Of a stretch of 64,000 nucleotides of DNA, positions 40,090 through 52,830 are shown piece after piece. The position numbers and the translations under genes are program-made. This DNA comes from Octopus bimaculoides. Its lineage: Eukaryota. The notes beneath the pieces are model-generated. The model saw nothing but the letters and a program-made list of their open reading frames with translations. It was not told where the DNA came from and did no database searches. Each line of letters starts with the position of its first letter. Position 1 is the stretch's first letter. The stretch is from assembly GCF_001194135.2 (NCBI RefSeq), contig NC_068992.1:13482200-13546199 (forward strand), written 5' to 3'.

Positions 40090-40184
40090 TGTAACAGTAT
40101 ATTTCTTTAATCCGTTCCCTTTGTGCTCTAAATATACACATGTTACTTTAACTTACACTGAGGTGCACTGTCTACTATTACATA

Positions 40185-40342
40185 CGACATCTTGTTTCAG
40201 TTTACATCTACCAAATCTACTCACAGCACAGTGGTCAGCCTGGAGCTATAGTGGAAAACACCCATGCAAAACGTACGCGGTTGGAATGAAGCTAGAACTA
40301 TGTGTGAGAAGGAGGCTTCTTACCACACAGCCGTACCTACGA
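40185..40342 (-). mobile_element. SINE family A 5' part
   Basis: ttcagtttacatctaccaaatctactcaca...ggagctatagtggaaaacac...gcttcttaccacacagcc. Confidence 0.75.
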
Positions 40343-40529
40343 CTATAAATATATCTACCTATATGTATATATGCACATGTATTATACATGCTCACATACA
40401 CGCATATACAAACACACACACACAGAGCTTTTTGCATAAATATACTAGATTTTGCAAGGGTAAAGACTTGTGCGGTATTACTTTGCTTATCTTCGTATAT
40501 CACAGACATTCATATATGTTATATGAGTG

Positions 40530-40690
40530 TTTGTCTTTGTGGACGTGTTTGTCCTCTGCTGCTGCATGACAACTGGTATTGGGTTGTTTATCTCGCCGTA
40601 AGCTACCGGTTCAGCAAAAGACCAATGGAAAAAAGTGACATGCTTTATAAATTACTGGGGTTGATTTGTTTCAGTAAAACCTGGAACAAT
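40530..40690 (+). mobile_element. SINE family A 3' part, diverged
   Basis: gacaactggtattgg...cgtaagctaccggttcagcaaaag...ctggggttgatttgtttc. Confidence 0.55.
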
Positions 40691-43600
40691 AATATACCCA
40701 TATGCGTTCACCAAATGTATTGTTCTCTTAAATAGTATAACTAAATATTAGAATGTACTTTAGGTAATTGGTGTACTTTAGGTAATTGGTGTTATTCTTG
40801 AAGGACGAGTAGGATATATATTAAATAACTTTTTACATAGTTTGAAGACATGCTTATAGAATCCTTATAGACCTCCCCGAGAAAAGAGTGTTAGAGAGAT
40901 GACAAAGATGTTTAGTAGTAAAAGGCTAACGTTAAGTTGTGACGTATCATTCATCTTAACTTCCGCGATAATCAAGCTAAGTCAGATCCTCGGACATGCT
41001 AAGCAATTTATCATCTAGCCTTACATCTATTAAAGTTTCTCGAATTAGGATAATTTATTTTTGCGGATAATGCCTTGCCTTAATATGCTGACTGTAAACA
41101 TAACCATCAATAACCAAACAAGTAGCGCTTCACTATGTTAATGCGATAACAGATATAGCATGCTGGTGATTGCATGAAGGTCTTGATTGATATGGAACAT
41201 TGATATTATCAAGGAAATGCGCTTACATTGATGAATCAAGGAACATATGTATATTACAAACCAGCAGATCATGCCACTACATATGTATTTCGCTTCCTCT
41301 TTGCCTTTCTTGTAGAGTAATCGAGCACTTGCCATTTATTCTTAAATAATTATTCTGCCCACATGAAGCTAAGCGGCAACTTGTATATCCACGCTTCGGA
41401 AAACTATTTACATGGATTGAAATTAAGAATAAAAATGCATAGATAAATAAATTATAGGCGTTGACACGAATGACATGGCATAGCTATAAGGGATTTAGGA
41501 ATTGGGATTAAAAAAAAAATAATAAATAATATAGCAATATATACACTAAGGATTTTAATGGATTTCTATGATTATCTAATGACCGTTTTATAGCATCATG
41601 GCGACGGAAGGATTTTCGAAACTCGCACGCTATTCTCTGAACGAGTTGATATCTCATTAAAGAAAAACAAACAAAAAACACCAATTATTTCAAAGATAAA
41701 ATATGCAACTTCAAACTACAAGTGCAAGAATCATGTTGAAACAGGAATTGCTTTTATCGGATATATTTTCTATCAGGAATATAACGGATGCTGCTTCTTC
41801 AGAGAATTAATGTTACAGGAAGAGCATGATGAATAATAGATTAGAGAAGCTTACTGAGCAGAAAACACATTAGTAACGACACTATATATTCGGTATGTTT
41901 TATGTTTACAGCAAAACGGCATGATTATTTATTTAAATTACTTTTCTATACGGAAACTATGGCATAAACATTTTTTTTAATGTAAAGATGTACATACATA
42001 CGAAATGCATACATGCATACAAATATATATATATATATATATANNNNNNNNNNNNNNNNNNNNNNNNNNNNNNNNNNNNNNNNNNNNNNNNNNNNNNNNN
42101 NNNNNNNNNNNNNNNNNNNNNNNNNNNNNNNNNNNNNNNNNNNNNNNNNNNNNNNNNNNNNNNNNNNNNNNNNNNNNNNNNNNNNNNNNNNNNNNNNNNN
42201 NNNNNNNNNNNNNNNNNNNNNNNNNNNNNNNNNNNNNNNNNNNNNNNNNNNNNNNNNNNNNNNNNNNNNNNNNNNNNNNNNNNNNNNNNNNNNNNNNNNN
42301 NNNNNNNNNNNNNNNNNNNNNNNNNNNNNNNNNNNNNNNNNNNNNNNNNNNNNNNNNNNNNNNNNNNNNNNNNNNNNNNNNNNNNNNNNNNNNNNNNNNN
42401 NNNNNNNNNNNNNNNNNNNNNNNNNNNNNNNNNNNNNNNNNNNNNNNNNNNNNNNNNNNNNNNNNNNNNNNNNNNNNNNNNNNNNNNNNNNNNNNNNNNN
42501 NNNNNNNNNNNNNNNNNNNNNNNNNNNNNNNNNNNNNNNNNNNNNNNNNNNNNNNNNNNNNNNNNNNNNNNNNNNNNNNNNNNNNNNNNNNNNNNNNNNN
42601 NNNNNNNNNNNNNNNNNNNNNNNNNNNNNNNNNNNNNNNNNNNNNNNNNNNNNNNNNNNNNNNNNNNNNNNNNNNNNNNNNNNNNNNNNNNNNNNNNNNN
42701 NNNNNNNNNNNNNNNNNNNNNNNNNNNNNNNNNNNNNNNNNNNNNNNNNNNNNNNNNNNNNNNNNNNNNNNNNNNNNNNNNNNNNNNNNNNNNNNNNNNN
42801 NNNNNNNNNNNGTGTGTGTGTGTGTGTGTGTGTTTGTGGCAATCCATGTGTTTATATATGAACCTATTTCAGCCGACAGAGATTTTACTAGCAATGACCT
42901 AGGTCGTTTTGAATTTGACAGCAGACAGAGAGAGAGAGAGAGGGAGATAAGTGCTCGCTTCAAATCCAATCATAGTCTTTCAATGTTTAGAATCAAAACA
43001 CTTAAGGTCGATTCCATTCAAAATGTGTGATGCCCTCAAGTACTATCAAAGTTGCCATTAATATCAAAATCATAAAAGTGATGTTCCGTATCTTTGCCGT
43101 AGAATATTAAACTATTAACAGCTACCTTTAAATGTCTCTAATAAAGCATGCATGGTGATATTTGCATAATTGTATTTATAGGTAGTTACCAATGGTGATG
43201 TTTCTACATAAAATTGGCGCACGATAAATGGGCCAGTCACTTTATGATTTGCTTTGTATGGCGCTGCGAAATGCAATATTTGCAAGGACCACAGTGAAGA
43301 AACCTCTCCATTATAGTATATTTCCTTTATTATGAGAGATCATGATTCTCAAACCTGAGACTATATCGGAGTATTGAAAATTAAATTATTGTGAAAGACT
43401 TATGAAGAAAGTTTCACGAAGGGTTGTGCGACACATACAGAAATATTCCATTTGCATTTACCCAAAATTTCAAAATCAAATACATCTAAAATTCGGCAAA
43501 CAGCTTAAAACAAATGCGAAATCTTAAAAGGCAGCTGACAAAGGCGAAATTCGTAGAAATAATTCAGCTAACAAAATGTGAAAACATTTGCTGCCGGAAT

Positions 43601-44264
43601 GTTCGAATAGATTGAGCTGGTTAAAAGCTAAAACTTCGTAAATAGACAGAAACTGAACGTTAATGCAAATATGAATTGCATAACCAACGTCTCTTTTACT
43701 GCATCACGTGTCCACAAGGAAATGACAAGTATATTAGCCAAACAACATCAAAAATAATAAATAATAGCCAAGGTTAGATTGCATAAGTAACAATCCAACG
43801 TTAAGTCTATTAGAAATGTTAGAAAATGAACATCACGACATTTGTCGAAATGGAAATAACAGAACAGGATCAATTATAAAAGGTGGAGAAGAATACTTAT
43901 CAGGATAGGAATTCCGAAAAAAGCAAGGGAAATAATGAACGTTCATTTTGATCTATCTCCGTTAGTCTATGTCAAACTGTGAAAGTTGAAGATTTCTGCA
44001 CAGGTAAAGAGCTATATTAACGTAAACGTGAAGATAAGATTATGATAATTAACTACTTTTACTAGTATCTCTTATTATTCCTGTCATCAGCATTAGTTTT
44101 TCCAATATTATGTCATGAAACGTAATTTAAAAAATTACTTCTGATTGGTGCTGCGACTATAAATCTCAGAACTGAAACCGGGTCTAAATAAGTCATTTTG
44201 TCTTTTGTTGGAGCCAAATCCAAAATAACAGCTTCTGTTATCAATATTATAAATTGGGTAAAGA

Positions 44265-44925
44265 CCTCGAGCTAGTAGAACGGTTAGCACGCCGGGCAAA
44301 ATGCGTAGCGGGATTTCGTCCGTCTTTACTTTCTCAGTTCAAATTCCGCTGAGGTCGACTTTACCTTCCAACATTCCGAGGTCAACAAAATAAGTAGCAA
44401 CGGCATACTTGGGTTGCTGTAATCGACTTACCCACTCCTCAAAATTGCTGGCCGTGTGCCAAAATTTTAAATCAGTATTATATATTAGTTGAGGGCGAAG
44501 AAATGCCAGAATCTTTAGCACGCCGGGCAAAATACTTCGTAGCATTTCGTCCACCTAGACACAGTTCAAATTCCATCAAGGCCGATTAGGCTTACATGGA
44601 TCATCGATAAAATAACAGTTGCATACTGTGGGCTAATTTAATCAACATGCCCCCTCCCCCGAAATTGCCAGAATATGAAATCAGTATTAGCCTTTTCCTT
44701 TGATTCTAGTATCACTAACGATTGTTTTGTGTTTATGTCTTGTATACTTTCAACTTATTCCTAGGGCAATGTTTATGTACTTTCATATTCCGCCGAGGTC
44801 GACTTTACCTTTCATCCTTTCGGGGTCGATAAATTAAGTACCAGTTGTGTACTGAGGTCGATCTAATTGACTGATCCCGCCACAAAAATTTCGAGCCTTG
44901 TGCCTAGAAAACAAAAGAATATTAT
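44265..44925 (+). mobile_element. Cluster of three same-strand SINE family B copies (44265-44480, 44488-44690, 44785-44925)
   Basis: ttagcacgccgggcaaaat occurs in copies 1 and 2; copy 3 carries ccgccgaggtcgactttacctttcatcctttcggggtcgataaattaagtaccagttg. Confidence 0.85.
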
Positions 44926-45183
44926 TTACTATTTTACTCTTTTTACTCTTCAGTAGCTGAAGAAAAAAATTCGACTACAACTCAGCTGTACGGAATAAAT
45001 TTATGTAACCATAATAACTTTTAAAACTTACATATCTATAATTCCCAGTGAGTATTTCATTGCTTTGAGTTTTGTTTGTTTGTTTTTTTATCTGATTAAT
45101 CGAAAAAAATAAAATCTCTTTTATCGCAAGAACGCTGTCAAATGGTGAAAAACAAATCAACAGGCTATATATATAGATATAGA

Positions 45184-45336
45184 TATGATTGTCTCTAAAT
45201 GCGACTAAGGGGGTCAAGACACCTACATTGCTAGAGATAAGGGCTAAAATGGTCTAATGCTGTTAGAGCATTTAAGCTCTTATTTCTAGGCATGTAGGCG
45301 CCTTGACAACCTTAGATGCATTTACAGACTATCATA
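45184..45336. repeat. 153-bp fold-back palindrome (74-bp arms, 5-nt loop)
   Basis: 45184-45257 against the reverse complement of 45263-45336: 60/74 identical, no indels. Confidence 0.92.
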
Positions 45337-45580
45337 CCTGCCGATCAAGGATTTTGACCTGACAAGTCTTCAAGTACTTGAACTATTGATTTCATAGATC
45401 AAATCCCACTTTTCTTTATTTGGGTGACCCTTAACAGCATCATTGTGTTCTTTCCTCCCTAAACGACAAAATTATGGTAATATTCAGCGTTTTTTACGGT
45501 GACATTTCACTAGACTATATACAAAGCCCTTAAGGAAAGAGCGACTTTCATGTTTTACAGTTTTTTACCCGACTACTCGC

Positions 45581-45621
<41 letters not shown>

Positions 45622-46478
45622 GAAAACCTTTTCCACTGTATTTGTAACGCAAGCAAAGATATTATTTTCAAAAATACTTTTCTTAATGCCCTTTTTTCGC
45701 GACGTGTGCAAATGTCGATCGTGTCACTTGTAATAGCACTCCCATTTTGATCATAAATAAGAATGATCTTGTATATAGTAATAAAAATACTTAATCGAAT
45801 TTTGCATATTAGTACATTTATCACTGTTAAGCTTCGCTTTGTACTTTTTACTTTGTGAAACACGATCTGTTTCCCTTTACTTTGCAGTACATCACACAAT
45901 TATAACTCACTATCTCACGTTCCCAGGTCACTCACCTTCAAATTCATACAAGAGTCATGTGTTACTATATTACCAATATTCCAAACCAAGGTCGTTACAC
46001 AATAACACAAAAGCTCTAGTAAATTTGGATATCAATGTGCAAACAGCTTACCGCCTATTTCTTTGTCTCTTGTATGCTCGATTTAGGGAAAATACGCATA
46101 TTTACTATATTATTTTTTGGAGGATCGTTTGCTTTGTTTGGCCGTTGAAGTTACCTTCGTTGCTGCGGCAAAACATTTGTTGAAATTATTTTCATCACTC
46201 TATTTTCTATAAAACAGCGTTTATCTTTGAAAGTGTGTGTTTCACTATAACATGATCCTGTATGGTATCCTATTTTTTTTGTTTGCATCTCCTCAGTTAC
46301 ATTTTAACCTTCATAATTTCTGTTTAGTGTGACGATATATGAAACCATATTCCACATGTTTGTTCACTATACTTTTGATTGATTTTGCTGTTGGCAAAAG
46401 TGAACAATGTGCAGAAAAGAATCCATGTAGGAACATATTCAGCTAGCACCCTTTAAAAGCGATATGAAACCCGACTGT

Positions 46479-46619
46479 AGAAGAAGAAGAAGAAGAAGAA
46501 GAAGAAGAAGAAGAAGAAGAAGAAGAAGAAGAAGAAGAAGAAGAAGAAGAAGAAGAAGAAGAAGAAGAAGAAGAAGAAGAAGAAGAAGAAGAAGAAGAAG
46601 AAGAAGAAGAAGAAGAAGA
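46479..46619. repeat. (GAA)n microsatellite, ~47 units
   Basis: Pure run. Confidence 0.97.
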
Positions 46620-47388
46620 TATTTCGAGCGTTTTGTAAACGTAATGTGTACTGCAGATAGCACTGAAATGTGTATTCTCTTCTGATGGGTGCATTGATGT
46701 ATATGTGTCTGAATGCACTATAATTATGCATTGCACATTATTATCCGATAATAAATATTTGAAATCATATATTTCTAGGTTTATTGATATCGAAATTTAT
46801 CTTTGCAGACTTCCCACAATCTGTAGCAAGTCAGAATACTATGGTTTTTGTATAAAATACGTTGTTATCTTAATGAAATCATTTCAATACTAGTAGTCAA
46901 TGCGTGGATTTTTATATACACGATTCCTTTACCAACCAAATCTTAGAGGCTAGAGAGAAACAAAGGTTTGTTATTGAAATTCAAAGAAATTTCTCAAAAT
47001 GTCTGTACCCTATAGATTTTATTCTCTATATTAAAGACATATTTACCATTGTATCGACCTGCTCGTCGAATATCAGTACACATAAATTACATTTTTTTTT
47101 AAATATTTGTTAACTCCTTCCAAACACGAATGAGACAAACGAATTTTGTTTGTGAATAGAGACAGTGAAAACATTCGTGAGTGATAATTTTGTGGTAGCA
47201 CTACCTGCTAGAAATAGCCAACAAATTGTTCTTAAAACTTAATAATCTGAAAGGCGATGACAAAGCACTGGCCAATGAATCATGAGACATACCTGAAAAG
47301 AGAAGAGAACCCCGAGAAGAATATCTTCATCGTAATTTTGCTTGAGTTGATGTGAGTTGAGTAAAAACGACAATCTCAACATATAACA

Positions 47389-47774
47389 GTGGAGGTGTAA
47401 TGGCCCAGTGGTTAGGGCAGCAGACTCGCGGTCATAGGATCGCGGTTTCGATTCCCAGACCGGGCGTTGTGAGTGTTTATTGAGCGAAAACACGTAAAGA
47501 TCCACGAGGCTCCGGCAGGGGATGGTGGCGAACCCTTCTGTACTCTTTCACCACAACTTTCTCTCACTCTTACTTCTTGTTTCTGTTGTGCCTGTAATTC
47601 AAAGGGCTAGCCTTGTCACACAGTGTCACGCTGAATATCCCCGAGAACTACGTTAAGGGTACACGTGTCAGTGGAGTGCTCAGCTACTTGCACGTTAATT
47701 TCACGAGCAGGCTGTTCCATTGATCGGATCAACTGGAACCCTCGACGTCGTAAGCGACGGAGTGCCAACAACAA
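47389..47774 (+). mobile_element. Full-length tRNA-derived SINE family C with (CAA)n tail and TSD
   Basis: A-box TGGCCCAGTGG, B-box-like GGTTTCGATTCC, tail ggagtgccaacaacaac; 12-bp TSD caacatataaca (47377-88) / caacatgtaaca (47775-86). Confidence 0.92.
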
Positions 47775-48248
47775 CAACATGTAACAAATTTTTTACACTT
47801 CTCAATGAAGCATTCTTCCTGCGAAGGAAGAAATCAACAAATAGCCCAAACCGCCCTAAGATTGAAGAAAAGTATTCAAGCTAATTCTAAATCTATAAAA
47901 AGTGGTCATCTAGCAATGAATATGCAGAGTACTGCAGTATAACTGGAAATTTAATACGAATAGTTAATTCCTAAATATATTTTGTCGGAAACTATACTGA
48001 ACTACTAAATACTGAATGCCATTGACTTCGTATTCACGGGACTTCTCTACGTCATTTTATTCCAATTCATGTTACCTAAGGTACCCATTCCGATTGTTAT
48101 GTGTACATTATGTCTCCAAAAATTGTTTTGGAAAGGAAAAGTCTTGTAACACATAGTGTACTTTCCCACCGATATCTATGTTATATAACACTAGCAAATT
48201 AAAAGAAAGTTTCATTGCAATACAAAAGGATGCTATGAAGATTTTCAG

Positions 48249-48304
48249 GGTGTGGGGCAACTACACTACAGAGAGGTGCAGGATTGAATGGAGGGAAAAA
48301 CAAA
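48249..48304 (+). CDS. Candidate exon (56 nt)
   Basis: attttcag acceptor and aa|gtaaga donor; open frames (x)CGATTLQRGAGLNGGKNK or VWGNYTTERCRIEWREKQ. Confidence 0.28.
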
Positions 48305-49069
48305 GTAAGATGTGCAAATGGAACATATCTTATCAGTCCGATTATAGGGACAACAGGGTTGGTCCAACCTGTATTTGAACTTAAAGGCTGAACGGACGTC
48401 TGCCATTTTACAGATCACTACATTAATATAGCAACACGCATTTATATTGTTGGCATTGTGCCTCGAGTGGATGGAAATAGTTTAGTGAAAGTGATCAATA
48501 CTAGGACATACTTAATAGTTATTGTATTGATTTCGGAATGATGAAATACGTGTACATAAGAGTCTGTTATTACATTAAAATGATCTATCTATACAATTGT
48601 TTTTGGTACTCTTATACAGATTGTTATAAATGCACTTTAAAGTGAATCATCGATAACTTGCATTTCTCCTGTATTTACCAATCAACTAACATCGTGTATA
48701 AACATACAAATAACTACTAACATTGTATAAACTTCCTCTCTGTAGGAAAATATATCATTATGTCTATACATTCTAGGCATAGAAGTGTTCAATCAAATAA
48801 TATCTGGAGGCTCTCATCTGCGTCTGTCTGTAAAAATATTTTAAAATATGATAAATTGTGGATTAAAAAAAAGTTCAAAGAAATAGAATTATATATTTGA
48901 AACAAAGTTACCTTATCAGAGAATATATCATCGGAAACTGAAGAACAGTCTGTTTCTTGTACAAGATGTTTCATCTCCACTTTTAATCTCGCAAATGCAT
49001 TTTAAAGACACACACAAAGAGACACACATTCATACTTAGATATAAGCGTCAGTGCATCTCTACATCAAC

Positions 49070-49122
<53 letters not shown>

Positions 49123-49298
49123 AGTCTGCCTGTCTGACTGTCTCTTCCTCGTTTACTTCCCCTCTCATGAAACGTGTACATGCATACATACGCGTATATA
49201 TATATATTTNNNNNNNNNNNNNNNNNNNNNNNNNNNNNNNNNNNNNNNNNNNNNNNNNNNNNNNNNNNNNNNNNNNNNNNNNNNNNNNNNNNNNTATA

Positions 49299-49333
<35 letters not shown>

Positions 49334-49351
49334 GTGTATGTATGTATGTCT

Positions 49352-49395
<44 letters not shown>

Positions 49396-50267
49396 GTATA
49401 TCGATAGAAAGGGAAAGCTAGAGATATAAATACATATAACATAGGTTGGTAGGGTAAGATCCCAGATGTTTCCTTTCAATCACATTTTCCATCATTACAA
49501 TCCAGTATATAGCTGTTGTTATTGTTGTATAGCTGCAGGACCTAAATTACAGTTGAAAATTTTGGAAATATTGTTTCCAGAGCTTTTATATAGCAAAACA
49601 GGAAATTGGAAAATGTATTGGTATTAAAAACTCAACATTACGCATGTTTCATTTCTTAATAGGAATTACAGCGTTTTAAATGTTAGATATACAAGTACGG
49701 AATTTCCGTTAAGAAATACTTCAGAGGGAGAACTGAATAACACATTCTTTTTCATTTGGTCGAAGCGCATATATTTCGTTATTAATTACGAGTAATATAG
49801 ATAGTTAGAATGAAGGAAGAAAGAGCGAAAGAGCAACTGATTTATTACGGACAGGGAAAAAGAAAGAGAGATACTTATAACCATATACACACACGGTGTT
49901 TGTGTGAATAAATAAATAAATAATGCCAATAAAATTTCCAACATCCTCTTGTGCTATACAATATATATGTGTGTGTGTGTGTATGTGTGTGTGTGTGCGC
50001 GCATGCGTGAGTGTGTCTGAGTGAATGGGTGTGTGAGTGAGTGCGTGTGTGCATATGTCGTTTTTCTGTTTCTGTAGTCAAAGACAAAGCACGGGTGATT
50101 CTATTGAAAAAAAATGTTATAAGTTGGAAAATAAACAAACCAGCGCCAGTAAACAATGCAACACCAGTTGTCAAGCGGTGGATAAACAAGTGCTAACACA
50201 AAGAAACAAACGCACACATACAATCGTATAGCATGCACCCATGTACGTATGTACGTATATATGTATG

Positions 50268-50690
50268 TCATTATCCATTTTACCTCAAGATTTCTTGCCA
50301 ATAGAGAAAGAACCGGTTTCTAACCTACAACAGAGTTCTTTTTTTTTGTATGTATGCATGTTTGTATGTTTTATATATGTATTCTCATGCTTATAGTTAC
50401 ATATCTAGACATGCTCAAATATATTTAAATGATAAATTTCTGGTATGTTTTACAGATTCTTACAGTTCCAGTGATGTATTGGATCTGTAGTCTGTGAATT
50501 AACTTGTTCCTTCTGGTTTTGAAAAGCGTAATTTCTCAAGATTGGTATTTAGGTAGTGTGTTACATATCACAGGGCCCCAATAATTATAGGTATCAACCT
50601 GAACTTGTAATCTGGATAGAGTAGCTGCAGATTTCTCAATAGTTCAGCATTGGTGTTCTCTTTTTTACTGATCTTCAGCTTCATTTAACA
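50268..50690 (-). mobile_element. R4/Dong-like RLE retrotransposon 3' end, family 1
   Basis: MKLKISKKENTNAELLRNLQLLYPDYKFRLIPIIIGAL*YVTHYLNTNLEKLRFSKPE plus 3' UTR. Confidence 0.87.
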
Positions 50691-50804
50691 TGTATGCATG
50701 TATGCATGTATGTAGGTATGTATGTATGTATGTATGTATGTATGTATGCATGTATGCATGTATTTATGTATGTATATATGTATGTGTGTATGCATTATGT
50801 ATAC

Positions 50805-50920
50805 AGCCTTCGACTACCAAATTCACTCGAAAAAATTCGATTGATCTGGGTCAATAGCAGAATATGATTGCTCTAGCTACTGCGACCTGTGATTGAATCC
50901 GATACGACATGTTTGCAAAG
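50805..50920 (-). mobile_element. Highly diverged SINE family A fragment
   Basis: ctaccaaattcactc...ctgggtcaatagcagaa...gtgattgaatccgatac. Confidence 0.45.
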
Positions 50921-52206
50921 TATACACCAAAATGAAACAGTTATGTTTAGAGAGAAAGTTTATGGAAAGAGAGAAATACAATGATTAACAGTGAACGAGA
51001 GAGGCGGACTGAAGAATTTTGCAGATATGTAATACATATTAGTAATCACAATCTGTGGGTTTTTGTATGTCCTCTCGAGTGTGCTTCCATAAGTATCTTT
51101 GGTGATATTTGTCGAGAATCGTAAGGCAGGAATTTACACTCTGCTCAAAATATTTTATTCTCTCACACATACAAAGTTTTCTTTGTTTATGATATAAAAG
51201 GAGACAGAGGATTTTCTTATTTTATTTGATTAAAATAAAAATGCCTTCTATATATAACTAAATTTCTGCAACAAGAATCTATTCAGATATTCACGTATAT
51301 AAACGAAATTCATTGACATCACCCATATTCACCTATAACATAGACATATATATGTATGCATGCACACATGCATAACAATATATATACATATTTAGATACA
51401 TACACGTAAGAATAAACACACACACAAACGCACGCAGACAACACACACACACACACACACACATATNNNNNNNNNNNNNNNNNNNNNNNNNNNNNNNNNN
51501 NNNNNNNNNNNNNNNNNNNNNNNNNNNNNNNNNNNNNNNNNNNNNNNNNNNNNNNNNNNNNNNNNNNNNNNNNNNNNNNNNNNNNNNNNNNNNNNNNNNN
51601 NNNNNNNNNNNNNNNNNNNNNNNNNNNNNNNNNNNNNNNNNNNNNNNNNNNNNNNNNNNNNNNNNNNNNNATATATATATTAATTTATCGATTTATCTGG
51701 TAGCTGTATGCCTCCAGGCATTAGAGAGTAGAAAAATGTATAATAGATAATATAAATTGCATCTAACAAAAATTTTAAGCCAATTTAATGGTAAGTAGAA
51801 AATCGAATTTGAATTCAAGCGCACTAATCGATGCCTAATACCAAAGTGTCATTAAAGGGTTGAAATATTATTAACTATATCATTGTTAAATATTAAATTG
51901 GAGGTAATCATGCACTGCAATGATTGTGCAATAACGGAGATATCGTTAAAGATAGTTGAAGTGCTTGAAGTGGCGATGTCTTCTACTGTGATTTGATTGT
52001 AGGAGAATATATACTCAAGCTACGGTTTGCAAGACTACATATCAGTTTCCACCTAAATTCTCTCTCTCATACCCAATAATGCCAAATCTGTGAGTCAGAC
52101 ATTACACCCAACCAACAAATGACGAGATACAAATCACATTTACCTTTTCTCCATAAGTGTCTTTTATTCTATATTTAAAACACGTTTATTTTTGTTTCAA
52201 CATTAC

Positions 52207-52268
52207 CTGCAAGAAATTCTGAAAATCGTAACTGCGACCACACAAAGCCTCTCATGATTTTTACCAAT
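52207..52268 (-). CDS. Candidate minus-strand exon Y (62 nt)
   Basis: ctgac branch-like site and ttcag acceptor; cag|gtaatg donor; (R)LVKIMRGFVWSQLRFSEFLA(G). Confidence 0.25.
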
Positions 52269-52689
52269 CTGAACGTCAGTAAAATAAATACGCCTTTAAT
52301 CTGTCCTTAATTTTTTTTTCCATTCCTTCTAGTTCATGTACGGTGTCTAATGCTCTCTGTTCTTATACTGTATCTATCGTTAGTTTTCGACAGCAATTAC
52401 GAACAACATCTCATTATTTTACATGCACACATGATTATGTTGACTCCTGTACTACTTTCATTCTATTAGCGCTAATGAATTAACCGAAACATATCGCTTT
52501 CTTATACATGAGCACCGGCATCTCTTCTCACCTACAATTATGTATTGAAGATACATATAGAAATTTTGCCCTACAAATATTTATCACTATATACTCATCA
52601 ACTTTTCAGCCCCCATCAGCTCGGTGAATTCATATCTGATTTCATTATCAAACAAAAGAAGCCAACAAAGCAATACAGATGGAGATAAT

Positions 52690-52830
52690 ACAGTTCTATA
52701 TTTAAGAGATGAGGAATTATGTGCATAATTTACATTATTCATATTTGACGAATATTTGACATCTTGTTTGTTGTTAACGCAACTTTTCGGCTGATGTACA
52801 GACATCTGATGAAGGCTGGAGGGTATATAA
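52690..52830. mobile_element. Penelope-type pseudo-LTR fragment with a split hammerhead-ribozyme core
   Basis: + strand gacat-CTGATGA-aggctg-gagggtatat (52801-52828); - strand atcagcc-GAAA-agttgcgttaacaacaaacaagatg (from 52795 leftwards). Confidence 0.65.

Larger units (their letters stand above)
39332..40156. repeat. Local inverted duplication: arms 39332-39648 and 39876-40156, 227-bp spacer
   Basis: Arms match on both sides of the embedded SINE (outer gtaagttaaagtaac..tatttagagcacaaagg; inner acatagataccgtccgct). Confidence 0.92.
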
